A stretch of 64,000 nt of DNA from Myxococcales bacterium (GCA_037445065.1 JBBILD010000014.1:1-64000), one strand, 5' to 3'. Counted from the first letter of the stretch, positions 1-10,762 are shown. Numbers and translations: made by a program. The notes: generated from the letters alone by a model not told the origin.

Positions 1-1817
1 TGCAGAGTGGCGGGCCGCTCGCTTTCGTCGGCTGGAACTCGAAACAGGTAGCCGCCAGTAGCGCCTCGTTCCCGCAGCCAACCGGCGACGATCGTGGTGG
101 CATCAATGGCTTCGGGAGTCGCCTGCGGGAACAGGCGGCTTGCTTCTTCCAACCACGCATCGAAGTGTGCGGCGGACGCAAGGGAAGCCCGGCTGATGAG
201 TTGCCCCTGCCGGATCCAGTAGGCGAGGACCGTGCCCGAACTGTGACCAGGGAGAAGCAAGAGGAAGTTCTGATCCTTGGTCAGCCACCCCAGCCTCGAA
301 AACCGGGCCTGCAACCGTTCCAAGAACAGCGCTTCTTCGTGGAGCCGCTGCGCGCGCTCGTACTGACTTTCGCGGCTCGCTTCGTCTCGCTGTTGCTCCA
401 AAGCCGTGCGCAACGCTGGGCAGCCGCTCTGCAAGTCGGCCAGCGCTGCGTAAACTCGCTGCAGGTACGCTGGCTCGCTGATCGCACCTGTGCACGGCAT
501 GCTGCACAGGCGTACTTGCCCTTGGAAGCACGGTGAGGCCGCAGGGTTCGGTTCGAGCCGTCCCCTACAGGTTCGCAGACGGTAGACGCGCAAGAGGATT
601 TTTAAGAAGCGCTCCGCCTCGCCGCGGTCGCGGAACGGGCCGATCCAATGAACCGTCTTGCCCCGCGGCCGCCTTGCTACCGAGAGGCGGGGGAAGGGCT
701 TTTCGTTGCCAATTCGAAGATACGCGACTTGTGGTAAGTGCTTGCCTAACTTGTTGTACGGGGGCTTCTCGCGGCGAATCGCGATTGCTTCGGCAAGAGC
801 CGCCTCCAGTTCATTTGGGGTCGTTTCTGCTTCGACCCGATGCGCGTGGCGAATCAGGTCCAAGGTCTTGTCGGAATGCCCGCGTGCATTCGAAAGATAC
901 GAACGCACTCTTCGCCGTATGTTTTTCGCGCGGCCAATGTAGAGAAGGCGTTCTGCGCTGTCGTAAAAGCGGTAAATGCCTGGCTCCGCGGGCAGGCTCT
1001 CGACTTGCCATTTGGGCAGCGGAGAAAAAAACGGCCGGCCGTCGCGGCCTTGTTCCTGGAGGGAGAGGAGCTGTGCGACGCGAGTGAGGCCTTGCCGCTC
1101 CGCCCGTTCGACGAGGCGCAAGAAAATTTCCACCGTGAGCAGTGCGTCCCCGAGTGCTCGGTGCCTGCCGCTCGTTTCCAGCCCAAAGAACTCCGCCAAC
1201 GCATCGAGCCCACGTCGGCGAACTTCAGGCAGGAGGCGGCGAGCGAGCTTGAGGGTACACAAGTACACGTCGGTGAGGGGCGACCCGTCGAAACGCTGCG
1301 CGGCCAGGTTCAAGTAGCCGAGGTCGAAGGCAGCGTTATGCGCTACGACGACGCTCCCGGCGATAAAATCTCTGAAGCGGCGCCAGATCTCGTGGAGACG
1401 AGGTTGGCCGCAGAGCATTTCCGGCGTGATCCCGGTGAGCCGGACGATAAAGGGCGGAGGTGCTGTGGTTGGCTGCACCAACTGCTCGAAGTGAGCCACC
1501 ACACGGCAACCTTCAATCCGTACAGCCCCGATCTCGATAATGCCATCGGGGTCCGGGGTAAGCCCAGTTGTCTCCAGGTCGACAATCGTAAACGGCATCT
1601 GCCGCACCGGTTGTTGCAACACCTCAAAGCGGCAAAGGCGCCACCGTTGTTCTCCTTCATCCCACGCAAAGCGCGGGTCCGCGGCGAGCAGAGAGTGCAC
1701 CACGCGGTTTCCCAGTTCGGCGTCGCGGCCTGGCCGGGTGAAGAGCAAGTCGAGAATCTCGGCAACGGTGGCGCCTTCGGGTCGCAGGGACAGATACTCG
1801 TAGACCCGGTCCCTCAT
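1..1817 (-). CDS. DEDDh 3'-5' exonuclease (DnaQ-like) fused to a GIY-YIG/UvrC-N (Cho-like) endonuclease; 3' end runs off the window
   Basis: Absent from the ORF track because there is no stop in the window. Hand translation from ATG 1817 gives MRDRVYEYLSLRPEG...FTIVDLETTGL...VAHNAAFDLGYL...HRALGDA (DEDDh), then PGIYRFYDSAERLLYIGRAKNIRRRVRSY (GIY-YIG), the UvrC-type Cys cluster LRTC...PCFQGQVRLCSMPC and a UVR-like helix QYERAQRLHE. Confidence 0.9.
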   Translation of the reverse strand, partial: MRDRVYEYLSLRPEGATVAEILDLLFTRPGRDAELGNRVVHSLLAADPRFAWDEGEQRWRLCRFEVLQQPVRQMPFTIVDLETTGLTPDPDGIIEIGAVRIEGCRVVAHFEQLVQPTTAPPPFIVRLTGITPEMLCGQPRLHEIWRRFRDFIAGSVVVAHNAAFDLGYLNLAAQRFDGSPLTDVYLCTLKLARRLLPEVRRRGLDALAEFFGLETSGRHRALGDALLTVEIFLRLVERAERQGLTRVAQLLSLQEQGRDGRPFFSPLPKWQVESLPAEPGIYRFYDSAERLLYIGRAKNIRRRVRSYLSNARGHSDKTLDLIRHAHRVEAETTPNELEAALAEAIAIRREKPPYNKLGKHLPQVAYLRIGNEKPFPRLSVARRPRGKTVHWIGPFRDRGEAERFLKILLRVYRLRTCRGRLEPNPAASPCFQGQVRLCSMPCTGAISEPAYLQRVYAALADLQSGCPALRTALEQQRDEASRESQYERAQRLHEEALFLERLQARFSRLGWLTKDQNFLLLLPGHSSGTVLAYWIRQGQLISRASLASAAHFDAWLEEASRLFPQATPEAIDATTIVAGWLRERGATGGYLFRVPADESERPATL

Positions 1818-1827
1818 ACTTGCGCAG

Positions 1828-2989
1828 CTACGGTACTTGCTCTGCGCGGCTTCCCGCTTCTGCCGCGGGCGACCGCGCACTGGCCTGTTGTTTCAAGTAG
1901 GCTTCGATGAACGCGTCGAGGTCACCGTCCAGAACCGCGTCAGCATTGCCGATTTCCACTCCCGTGCGGTGGTCTTTGACCATTCGGTAGGGATGCAGGA
2001 CGTACGAGCGAATCTGGCTACCCCAAGCGATTTCCTTCTTCGCTTTGTCTAGTTCTGCCAGCCTCTCGCGCTGCTTTTGTTGCTCGAGTTCGTACAAGCG
2101 CGCGCGCAAAATTTTCATCGCCATGGCTTTGTTTTTGTGTTGCGAACGTTCGTTCTGGCAAGCGACCACGATGCCGGTGGGAAGATGCGTTATCCGCACT
2201 GCGGAGTCGGTTTTGTTGACGTGCTGCCCGCCGGCACCACTGGCTCGGTATGTGTCAATGCGCAGGTCGGCCTCGTTGATCTCCACTTCGATGTGCTCGT
2301 CAATTTCCGGGTACACGAACACTGAAGCAAAGGAAGTATGCCGGCGGGCATTCGCGTCGAAGGGCGAGATTCTCACCAACCGGTGGATCCCTGCTTCGGC
2401 TTTCAAGTAGCCGTAGGCGTAGGGACCCTGAACAAGCACCGTTGCACTCTTGATTCCGGCTCCTTCGCCTGGTTGCAGGTCGGCGATTTCCGCCTGGTAG
2501 CCGCGGCGTTCCGCCCAGCGCAGATACATACGCAGGAGCATTTCGGCCCAGTCTTGCGCTTCGAGTCCCCCTGCTCCGGGATGAAGCGTGAGGATGGCGT
2601 TCCCCGCGTCGTGCTCCCCGCCCAGCAGCCGTTCCAGTTCGACTCTCTCGACTTCTTGCCGGAGCCGCTCGAGGTGTTCCTGTGCTTCGCGGGCCGCTTC
2701 TAGGTCGCCTTCGCGCGCCAGTTCAACAAATACCTGAATGTCGTCTAAGGCCTTCCGAAGTCGCGCCCACCGCTCCAGGGTTTGCGAGACCTGAGCCCGT
2801 TCGCGAAGGATTTTTTGCGCCCGTTCGTTGTCCTGCCACAGGTCCGGACTGGCGGCTAGCTCGTCTAGCTCTCGCTTGCGTCGCTCGAGGTTGGCAACGT
2901 CAAAGGTACCTCCCGAGTTCACCCAGCCGTTGCTCGAGTTCCTCGAGGTCAGCGTCGTAAGAGGCAACCAGAGGCGGTTCGTATGCCAT
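1828..2989 (-). CDS. prfB: Peptide chain release factor 2, translated via programmed +1 frameshift
   Basis: SPF and GGQ motifs (RISPFDANARRHTSF, GAGGQHVNKTDSAVR). Likely start ATG 2989 gives MAYEPPLVASYDADLEELEQRLGELGRYL-stop, and the main frame resumes at DVANLE after CTT TGA C. Confidence 0.96.
2899..2914 (-). promoter_or_regulatory. prfB autoregulatory +1 frameshift site
   Basis: Minus strand reads GGGAGG TAC CTT TGA C: internal Shine-Dalgarno, 3-nt spacer, slippery CTT, weak stop TGA-C. Confidence 0.95.
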
Positions 2990-3049
2990 GGAGCGATCCT
3001 TCGCAACTTGTGCTCTGTAGCGCGCTGTTCGCCCAAACTGCAATGGCAC

Positions 3050-4045
3050 TCAAAATTCCACCACTGCGTCGGGAGACCCGTCGAGGCGGACTGTGTCGAC
3101 GAACTGAATCGTGTGTTCCCGCAGAGCCATGACTACAGAGCTGGTGCGAGAGCCATGCCCGAAGAAGCGCACGCCGCGGAGGAGAGAACCATCGGTGACT
3201 CCGGCCGCAGCGAAGAGAATGTTCGGTCCCGGGGCGAGGTCCCGTTCGGTATACACGCGGTTGGGGTCGGCGATCCCCATCGAGCGCAGCCGCTCCTCGA
3301 ACTTTTGCTTCTCTTCTGCGCCAGATTTCGCGGGAACCAAGCGACCCTCCATTCCGCCATTGAGACAGCGCAGCGCAGCCGCGGTGAGCACACCCTCCGG
3401 TGCTCCGCCGATGCCCATCACCGCATGCACGTTGGTGCGCCGAATGGCCACCGAAATGCCCGCAGAGAGGTCTCCGTCGCTGATCAAGCGGATGCGCGCG
3501 CCGGCACTACGAATCTCTTCGATGAGCTTTTCGTGACGAGGGCGGTCGAGCACGATCACCACCAGGTCCTTGATCGAGCGGTCCAAACGCTTGGCAATGG
3601 CCGAGAGATTTTCTTTCACCGTTGCATCTAGGTGAACTGCGCCACGGGCCGCCGGTCCGACAATGATCTTTTCCATGTAGCAGTCGGGTGCGTGGAGGAG
3701 CCCGCCGCGGTTGGCTGCAGCCAGCACTGCAATCGCGCCAGGAGCACCGGTGGCGCACAGGTTGGTTCCTTCGAGGGGATCGACCGCAATGTCCACTTCA
3801 GCATCGTCGGGGCCCTGGCGCCCCACCTTCTCACCGATGTACAGCATCGGCGCTTCGTCGCGTTCTCCCTCCCCGATGACCACCGTTCCGCGGATGGCCA
3901 AGCCGTCGAGGGCGCGGCGCATGGCTTCGACGGCGACGCGGTCGGAAAGCTTCCGATCCCCTTGTCCCATGGTACGCGCCGCGGCAATGGCTGCGTCTTC
4001 GACAACGCGCAAGAACTCCCGCGACAACAGGTTTTCAAACGACAT
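3050..4045 (-). CDS. glpX: Class II fructose-1,6-bisphosphatase
   Basis: [44 protein letters not shown] and [11 protein letters not shown] motifs. Confidence 0.95.
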   Translation of the reverse strand: MSFENLLSREFLRVVEDAAIAAARTMGQGDRKLSDRVAVEAMRRALDGLAIRGTVVIGEGERDEAPMLYIGEKVGRQGPDDAEVDIAVDPLEGTNLCATGAPGAIAVLAAANRGGLLHAPDCYMEKIIVGPAARGAVHLDATVKENLSAIAKRLDRSIKDLVVIVLDRPRHEKLIEEIRSAGARIRLISDGDLSAGISVAIRRTNVHAVMGIGGAPEGVLTAAALRCLNGGMEGRLVPAKSGAEEKQKFEERLRSMGIADPNRVYTERDLAPGPNILFAAAGVTDGSLLRGVRFFGHGSRTSSVVMALREHTIQFVDTVRLDGSPDAVVEF

Positions 4046-4162
4046 TTCCCCTCCCTTTGCCGAGAAAACTGAGGTCCGCTACTGGCACAGAGTTTCCGAA
4101 AGGGCAATGCGCCCGGAACCTGTTCGCGACGACGGGCGGTGCCGGATTCAAAGGAACGCAGC

Positions 4163-5002
4163 ATGATCGCACGGGTTTTGACGATTGCGGGCTCGGACTC
4201 GAGTGGGGGTGCCGGTGTGCAAGCGGATCTCAAAACCTTCACCGTGCTCCGCGTTTACGGGATGACTGCGATCACGGCGCTCACAGCGCAGAACACCCAG
4301 GGAGTGTTTGCCGTGGAGGTCATGCCCGCTCGCTTCGTCGAAGCACAAATTGATGCGGTGGTTGGGGACGTCGGAGTGGACGCGGTCAAAACCGGTATGT
4401 TAGCAACGGCGGAGATTGTCGCGGCCGTGGCGGAACGGGTTCGAGCGCATCGGCTTGGGCCACTGGTGGTGGATCCGGTGATGCGCGCGCAGAGTGGTGC
4501 TGACCTCCTGGCTCCCGAAGCACGGGAGGCGCTGCGGCGTGAACTATTGCCGCTGGCCACTCTCGTGACCCCGAATCTGGCGGAAGCGGAGGCGCTTGCG
4601 GGTTTTCCGGTGGAGTCGCGAGAGGAAATGGAGCGGGCGGCGAAGGAAATCGTTGCCTACGGAGCGAAAGCTTGTTTGATCAAGGGTGGGCACGCGAGGG
4701 GTTCGCTCGCGGAAGATGTGCTGTTCGATGGTGTCCAAGTGCGCGTCTTTGCCGCCCCCCGCTTGGCCACCCGGCACACGCATGGCACCGGCTGCCAACT
4801 CTCGGCGGCGATCACGGCCGCGCTTGCCAGAGGCATGAGTTTGGAAGACGCGGTGAGCTTCGGCAAGACGTTTATTACGGAAGCGATCGCTTGTGGGCTG
4901 GGCCTGGGCAAAGGAGCCGGTCCGGCGAATCCGCTCGCGTGGTTGGAGGCGGAGCAGTTGCAGAGCTCGGCAATGCGGAAGCCTCAGCCGCCCTCCAGAT
5001 GA
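4163..5002 (+). CDS. thiD: Hydroxymethylpyrimidine/phosphomethylpyrimidine kinase
   Basis: [34 protein letters not shown] and THGTGC motifs; ATG 4163 follows AAGGA. Confidence 0.95.
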   Translation: MIARVLTIAGSDSSGGAGVQADLKTFTVLRVYGMTAITALTAQNTQGVFAVEVMPARFVEAQIDAVVGDVGVDAVKTGMLATAEIVAAVAERVRAHRLGPLVVDPVMRAQSGADLLAPEAREALRRELLPLATLVTPNLAEAEALAGFPVESREEMERAAKEIVAYGAKACLIKGGHARGSLAEDVLFDGVQVRVFAAPRLATRHTHGTGCQLSAAITAALARGMSLEDAVSFGKTFITEAIACGLGLGKGAGPANPLAWLEAEQLQSSAMRKPQPPSR

Positions 5003-6807
5003 ACGGAGATCTGCTCGGCAGCCACGGGACGAACGTACGCTAGGCGACGAGCCGCGGGAAGACGCGATAGGTGAAAGCCGCATACGGCGAGTGAAAAACC
5101 GCTGGCCACGATTCCCAACACGGCCAAAACGCCGGGGTCGGTCTCGATGCTTTGCACCTGTGTGAACGCTCCGGCCAAAACCGCTCCAGCGGCGAGTACG
5201 GCGAAGGCGGCGTTGCGCCAGGCACTCCGCAGCGCGAAGGTGACATCCCCCGCCAGGTACTTGCGCAACTCGCGGTGCGAAAAGTGGTCGAGAAACCATT
5301 GGGTTTCCTCGTCGATTGGCCGAGCTTGTGGAGGCAAAAGCACACGCCCAGTGAGTGGATCGGCCGCTGCTTGCCCCTGCCGGTGCAACTCGATCGCTTG
5401 CAGGATCGCACGGTGCTTTTGTTCGTCAATCGGAAAGCGAAGAGCGATGAAAAACGCTAGCAAGGCAAAAGCCGCTGGGGCGAGCGCAAAGATTGCTTGG
5501 ATCGCAAACACGACCTGCGGGGTTTGCGGCTGGTTCGGCACGTAGCCGATCGAACCTAAGATCGCGATCGGGACCGCGGCGCTCGGAATGGCGACGAATT
5601 TGGGCAGCATGCTCCAGAAAGCCGAGTACTGTGCCTCGCGCCGCTTTCCGGTGTGCAACTCATCGTAGTCAATGACATCGGCTTGCATCGCCGGCCCGAG
5701 AAAGAGGCCAGCTCCGAAGCCCGAGCCTGCCCAGGCAATCCAAGCGATCGCCGGCCACAGATCTCCCGGCCCGAGAAAAAACAGAGCCGCGCCGCCGGTG
5801 ATGCCCATGAAGAAGCTAGCGAGCCAAGCATTGCGCTTGCCGAAGCGGCGAGCTGCGGCGACCCAGGCCGGCAAGCAGAGAAACGCTGCGGCAAAATAGA
5901 CCCCGAGAAACACCGAAAGCCAAAGCGCCTCGTTCGGTGGCTGCAGCACGTACGCATTGAAGTAGGGCATGAGCGTGCCAGGGATTGCCCCAGTAATGCT
6001 GGAGACCACATAGGTGAGCAACAGGATGCGGAATGGCCGATTGCGCAACGCGCGCCGTACGCCTGGGGCAAACGGATTTGCAGAGCGAGCGACAAAGTCT
6101 GGACGCTCGCGGACGCGCCAGACTAGCGCGGCGCAGGTTACGATCAGGAGCAACGAGAATGTCCAGCCGATGGAGGAAAATGCGGCCCGCTCGCCGAGTC
6201 CGAAGCGGCTCATGAGAATCCCCGGCGCGATCGAGGCGAAGATTGTACCTAAGATACTGAAGCCTTCGCGCACCCCGAACAAGCGGGATCGCTCGTGGTA
6301 GTCGAGAGTCAACTCCGCGCCGAGAGCCCAGTAGGGCAAAGCGTAAGCGGTGTGGAAGAGGGAGTAGAGGATGAACATGATCCCAAACCACCATGCTCCC
6401 AGCTCTGCGGAGGCGTGAAGTGGCGGATGAAAGAGAAGCCAAAACGCGAGGGCGCAGAGCGGTGACCAAAACAAAATGTACGGACGCCGCCTCCCGAAAC
6501 GAGTGCGGCGGTCAGAAAGCCATCCGAACAGAGGATCGCCGAGGGCATCGATCGCACGTGCAACGGCGATCGCGATAGCAAGGTAGCCAAGCGGTACCAG
6601 CACGACATCCGAGTAGAATTTGGGCATGTGTACCAGGATGGGTACCAGCATCGCCGCCCCCGCGAAGCTCGGCGCGCCGTACACAAGAAGGGTGCTGAGG
6701 GATAAACTCGCATCGCGGGCCGTACTCCGGTCGCTGGGCGCTTGCCGGTGCAGTGCCCCTTCTTGCCACTTCTCGGTGGGAATTGCCTCCGCGCTCTCTC
6801 CCCTCAT
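4984..6807 (-). CDS. MFS transporter, GPH/MelB-like family, with a C-terminal extension
   Basis: DALGDPLFGWLSDRRTRFGRRRPY, ALGAELTLDYHERSRL and MQADVIDYDELHTGKRREAQY; about 12 hydrophobic segments plus two extra near the C-terminus. Confidence 0.88.
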   Translation of the reverse strand: MRGESAEAIPTEKWQEGALHRQAPSDRSTARDASLSLSTLLVYGAPSFAGAAMLVPILVHMPKFYSDVVLVPLGYLAIAIAVARAIDALGDPLFGWLSDRRTRFGRRRPYILFWSPLCALAFWLLFHPPLHASAELGAWWFGIMFILYSLFHTAYALPYWALGAELTLDYHERSRLFGVREGFSILGTIFASIAPGILMSRFGLGERAAFSSIGWTFSLLLIVTCAALVWRVRERPDFVARSANPFAPGVRRALRNRPFRILLLTYVVSSITGAIPGTLMPYFNAYVLQPPNEALWLSVFLGVYFAAAFLCLPAWVAAARRFGKRNAWLASFFMGITGGAALFFLGPGDLWPAIAWIAWAGSGFGAGLFLGPAMQADVIDYDELHTGKRREAQYSAFWSMLPKFVAIPSAAVPIAILGSIGYVPNQPQTPQVVFAIQAIFALAPAAFALLAFFIALRFPIDEQKHRAILQAIELHRQGQAAADPLTGRVLLPPQARPIDEETQWFLDHFSHRELRKYLAGDVTFALRSAWRNAAFAVLAAGAVLAGAFTQVQSIETDPGVLAVLGIVASGFSLAVCGFHLSRLPAARRLAYVRPVAAEQISVHLEGG

Positions 6808-8531
6808 TCGAGCAGCCCGAGGATCTTGTCGTAACGCTCCAGCCGGCGTACATCGCCACTTTGAATCCGGCGGGCGCCCATTTCGATCGCGAGCGAGCGG
6901 CGATCGAGAAAACTCTTCAGCGTCAAGCGCTTGCCCTCGGACTGGGAAGCTTGGTGCAGCAGTTCGGTGGCTGCGAACAAGTCAATGACCATTTCCGCCA
7001 AACGTTTGGCATTGAGCAGTGCATAGCGCGGGTCCTCGAGCAAGGCCGGTAGCGACGTTTGTACCCACCGGTCGATCAATGTGCGCAGCACTTCGACCTG
7101 ATCCGGAAAATCCTTTTCGAACGCTCCGCTTTCTGTGCGAATTTGTTCCAGGGCAGTAAACAAGCTCCCCTTGCTCATCTCTCGGAGGGCAAAGCTTGCC
7201 TGGATTTCCGAGGTTCCCTCGTAAATCGTGGTGATGATCGAGTCGCAGTGCAGGTGGGCGGCCGCTGAATCCGCCATGTATCCGATGCCGCCGTGGACCT
7301 GGATGGCTTTGCGCGTGACGTCGTTGCTGATCTCTGTCGCGTAGTACTTGCACAGTGGCGTGAGTAGGCGCACGAGTTGCGTGGTGTGCTCGAGTTCACG
7401 TTGCCACCCCGCTCTGTCCGTGGCAGAGCCGCGCGCGGGGTCGTTCAGAACTCCGCGCAGAGTCTCGAGCCAGTCCACCAGCATGGCAGTTCGGTACAGG
7501 AGTGCGCGAGCCGCTTGGAGATTGATGGACATTTGCGTGAGCATGGACTTCACGAGCGGCTGCTCAACAATCGGAGCGTCGAACTGCACGCGCTGGCGTG
7601 CGTAGCCCAGAGCCTCTTGAAACGCCGCCTCCGCTACCCCTAGCGCTTGCGCGGCTACCCCGAGTCGAGCGCTGTTCATGAGATCGAGCATGGCACGGAA
7701 GCCCTGGCCCCGAACTCCGAGCACAAATCCCTCGGCGTGGTCGAACTCCACCACACAGGTAGGAGAGCCATGAAGCCCCATCTTGCGTTCAACACGCCGC
7801 ACATGCATGCGATTGCGCGAGCCATCGGGGAGCTCCGCCGGTACCAGGACGAGGGTGAGGCCATGGGTGGTTCCCCTGGATTGTTGGAAGGTTTCCGCAT
7901 CCCGCGCCAGCACAAGATGGATCTCGGAGCCGCCATTAGTGATAAAGATTTTTTCGCCGTCGACGAAGAATCGGCCTTGGTCCTCGCTTACCCGGGTCAC
8001 GATCCCACCGAGGTCGGAGCCTGCTTGGGGTTCGGTGAGGTCCATGCTCCCTTGCCACTCGCCACTGGTGAGCTTCGGCAAGTAACGTTGTTTGATGTCC
8101 TCACTGCCGTAACGCTCGATGTCGCCGGCTACTCCCGCTTGCAGGCCAACGATGGTCATTAGGCTCGAATTCGCCCGCGCCACCATTTCCAAGTAAAAGG
8201 TGTTGACCAGGAACGGCAGCCCGGAACCCCCGTACTGGGGGGCGATCGGTAAGCAAAGAAGCCCAGCTCGTTTGAGCTTTTCGTATCCGCGCGCAATGTG
8301 ATCCGGCACTCGGACACGGCCGTCATCCAGCCGTGCCTCCTCATGCCAGTTCGGATGCGTCTCGCGCTCGATCTCGGTGCAGATCTGAGCGATAGTGTCG
8401 AGGGCTGCCAGGTACGTCTCCACTTCCGCGCTGGGGTCTACTCCCGTACCGCGCTGCAACTCGAGGAGGCTCTTCCAGTCCACGCGCTGCGTCAGGAAAT
8501 AGCGCATGTCCGAATGCAGGAAGTTTGGCAT
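6804..8531 (-). CDS. Acyl-CoA dehydrogenase (long form)
   Basis: MDLTEPQAGSDLG, GEKIFITNG, KMGLHGSPT, YARQRVQF, IQVHGGIGY and IYEGTSEIQ. Confidence 0.92.
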   Translation of the reverse strand: MPNFLHSDMRYFLTQRVDWKSLLELQRGTGVDPSAEVETYLAALDTIAQICTEIERETHPNWHEEARLDDGRVRVPDHIARGYEKLKRAGLLCLPIAPQYGGSGLPFLVNTFYLEMVARANSSLMTIVGLQAGVAGDIERYGSEDIKQRYLPKLTSGEWQGSMDLTEPQAGSDLGGIVTRVSEDQGRFFVDGEKIFITNGGSEIHLVLARDAETFQQSRGTTHGLTLVLVPAELPDGSRNRMHVRRVERKMGLHGSPTCVVEFDHAEGFVLGVRGQGFRAMLDLMNSARLGVAAQALGVAEAAFQEALGYARQRVQFDAPIVEQPLVKSMLTQMSINLQAARALLYRTAMLVDWLETLRGVLNDPARGSATDRAGWQRELEHTTQLVRLLTPLCKYYATEISNDVTRKAIQVHGGIGYMADSAAAHLHCDSIITTIYEGTSEIQASFALREMSKGSLFTALEQIRTESGAFEKDFPDQVEVLRTLIDRWVQTSLPALLEDPRYALLNAKRLAEMVIDLFAATELLHQASQSEGKRLTLKSFLDRRSLAIEMGARRIQSGDVRRLERYDKILGLLE

Positions 8532-8534
8532 CGT

Positions 8535-9806
8535 TCACCTCCAGACCGGGTCGTTTGCAGGTAGGCTTCGGTCAGCGTCTTGCCGGCCAACCGACCGCTC
8601 GTGCGAAAGCAAGGCGTGAAATGCGCGGTGCGGGCTCGGCGCAGTCACCATGGCACAAGGCGGCGCCCCGGCGCAAGGAACGACGGTGTAGAACTTGATG
8701 AGCAGAGCGTCTCTGCGAACGCTCAGGACCGCGAAGCCATTTTGCGCCGCAGCAAAGAGCATGTCGTGCCGCCATTGTACTGGCGAACAGTAAGCGCCAC
8801 TCCCAGATACGAGCTGAAGAGGGGTCCCCGCGTCGTGTGCAGATAAGAGCTGCAAGTTGTGGTCATGCCCAGACAACACCAGGGGCACTGGGGCGCCGCT
8901 TTCCCAGATCGCCTCAAGCACTCTCTGCCGGTAGCGGCGGTAGCGGAACGCGTACGCGTCTTGATTCAGGTCAGCGAACGGCGGCAGGTTGAGGGCAGCG
9001 AGGAAGTGGGCCGGAAAGAGGAAAAAGCTTGCCGGGCGGCGCAGGCCTTGCGGCCACGCGCCGTCATGGGGACCCGCGGTGAGCAACGGGTGGTGCGCCG
9101 CCACCAGTTGCCAAGCGTAACGGTGCTTGCCACCCGCCAAGAGCGTCCGCAGTGTGGCGGCGGACGCTCGCAAAAACTCGTCCTCGAAAATCATTCTGTG
9201 AGAATCGAGGGTGACGACCTGAACCAGTTCTTCGAGTAGAATCTCGCGCGGCGGGCCCGCATAAAATTGCCATTGGGCGCCCCAACGGCGCGAGGGAGCG
9301 AGGAACTGGTCGATGTCCCGCTGGTTGGCCAAGCCTTCCGCCCCGCAGCCGTGGTCGTGATTGCCAGCGATTGCATGAACTTTGATTCCACGCTCGCGTA
9401 GCCAGTCGTAAGGCCCCAGCACCTCTTCGATCTGGCGTTCGATCTCCGCTCTACTTTCGGCGGAGTTTGACTCCCCGCAGGTCCCCGTACGGCCCACCAG
9501 GCCGCGTGGGTAGAAGTTGTCGCCTAAGAGCAAGACATCAGTCGGAATCGACTCTCCTTGCAGGAAGTACTGCTCGAGCGCACGGGATACAGCCTGGTTT
9601 CTTCCCTCGTGCGAGGTTCCAGGGTCTCCGACCAGTACGAGCCGGCGATCCCAGGGCTGCGCCGTTGGGGCCGCAGCATTGGGAAAAGCTCCCTCCTGTT
9701 CCGCACAGCTCCGCACAATCGGAAGTCCGGCCAGCGTGCACCCCATTTGCAGACCGAGGAGAACCGTTGCGAGAAGCGCCGCCAAGCAACGAGCGGTCAT
9801 GGCCAT
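8535..9806 (-). CDS. Calcineurin-like metallophosphoesterase, probable lipoprotein
   Basis: VGDPG, LGDNFY, AGNHDH, AHHP and SGHDHN metal motifs; signal MAMTARCLAALLATVLLGLQMGC. The ORF-track extension to 10361 is antisense to the SDR gene. Confidence 0.85.
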   Translation of the reverse strand: MAMTARCLAALLATVLLGLQMGCTLAGLPIVRSCAEQEGAFPNAAAPTAQPWDRRLVLVGDPGTSHEGRNQAVSRALEQYFLQGESIPTDVLLLGDNFYPRGLVGRTGTCGESNSAESRAEIERQIEEVLGPYDWLRERGIKVHAIAGNHDHGCGAEGLANQRDIDQFLAPSRRWGAQWQFYAGPPREILLEELVQVVTLDSHRMIFEDEFLRASAATLRTLLAGGKHRYAWQLVAAHHPLLTAGPHDGAWPQGLRRPASFFLFPAHFLAALNLPPFADLNQDAYAFRYRRYRQRVLEAIWESGAPVPLVLSGHDHNLQLLSAHDAGTPLQLVSGSGAYCSPVQWRHDMLFAAAQNGFAVLSVRRDALLIKFYTVVPCAGAPPCAMVTAPSPHRAFHALLSHERSVGRQDADRSLPANDPVWR

Positions 9807-9885
9807 GGGGAGCGAGACTAGGCTGAGCACCATGCCGTTGCCACTGGTTGCGGAGCGAAAGGTGTGCGCTCTATCGTGCAAGGCC

Positions 9886-10650
9886 ATGAATCGAGCAGAG
9901 CCTGCGGTGGCATTGGTCACGGGTGGGGCCGGCGGGATCGGACGGGCGATTGCTTCCCGATTGAGCGAGGCAGGGTTCGCGGTTGCTGTATTGGACCGCG
10001 CTGCCGAGGGAGCCGCGAGCGTGGCGGCGGCGTTGCGCGCCCAGGGGCGGCCGGCCTTGGCCTGTGTGGCGGACCTCACCGACCGGCCATCGTTGGACGA
10101 GGCGTTAGCCGACATCCATGCACACCTCGGCCCGGTGCGGGTTTTGGTGAGCAACGCGGGCTGGGACTGCGTCCAGCCGTTTATCGAAAACACGGCCGAG
10201 CTCTGGGAGCAACTGATTGCCATCAATTTGAAAGGGGCCATCGCGATCACCCGTTTGGTGCTGGACGACCTGATGGCAGCGCACCAGGGGCGCCTCATTT
10301 TTGTCAGTTCTGATGCGGCGCGGGTGGGCAGCAGCGGCGAGGCGGTGTACGCTGCGTGCAAGGCGGGGTTGATCGGCTTCGCAAAGACGCTGGCCCGGGA
10401 GATGGCTCCATACTCGATTACCGCGAATGTGGTTTGCCCGGGTCCGACGGAGACCCCTCTGCTCGATCAAGTCAGGCAGGGAGAGGCCGGGGCAAAGATC
10501 ATTGCCGCGATGCAACGCGCCATTCCCCTGCGCCGCTTGGGTCGCCCGCAGGACGTGGCGAGTGCGGTTGCATTTTTCGCTTCCCCGGAGGCGGAGTACA
10601 TTACCGGCCAGGTGCTGAGTGTGAGCGGCGGCCTCACGATGGTTGGTTAG
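9886..10650 (+). CDS. SDR-family oxidoreductase (BadH/FabG-like)
   Basis: TGGAGGIG, SNAGWD, SSDAARVGSSGEAVYAACKAG (YxxxK) and CPGPTETP. Confidence 0.9.
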   Translation: MNRAEPAVALVTGGAGGIGRAIASRLSEAGFAVAVLDRAAEGAASVAAALRAQGRPALACVADLTDRPSLDEALADIHAHLGPVRVLVSNAGWDCVQPFIENTAELWEQLIAINLKGAIAITRLVLDDLMAAHQGRLIFVSSDAARVGSSGEAVYAACKAGLIGFAKTLAREMAPYSITANVVCPGPTETPLLDQVRQGEAGAKIIAAMQRAIPLRRLGRPQDVASAVAFFASPEAEYITGQVLSVSGGLTMVG

Positions 10651-10762
10651 CGACGCTCGCCGGAGGGGTGGCATGGGCCAAGGGCAGCGGCTTCCGCCTG
10701 CGTCTGGCAGGCGGACCTTCGCTTGCTGGCGAGAAGATCGTGCGCTAAGCGGCGTCTCTGCG

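Noticed and set aside
840..1910. 356-aa plus-strand ORF
   Set aside because: Antisense shadow of the exonuclease/GIY-YIG gene, with no motifs.
2990..3036. ORF-track N-terminus of prfB
   Set aside because: Superseded by ATG 2989 and the canonical frameshift site.
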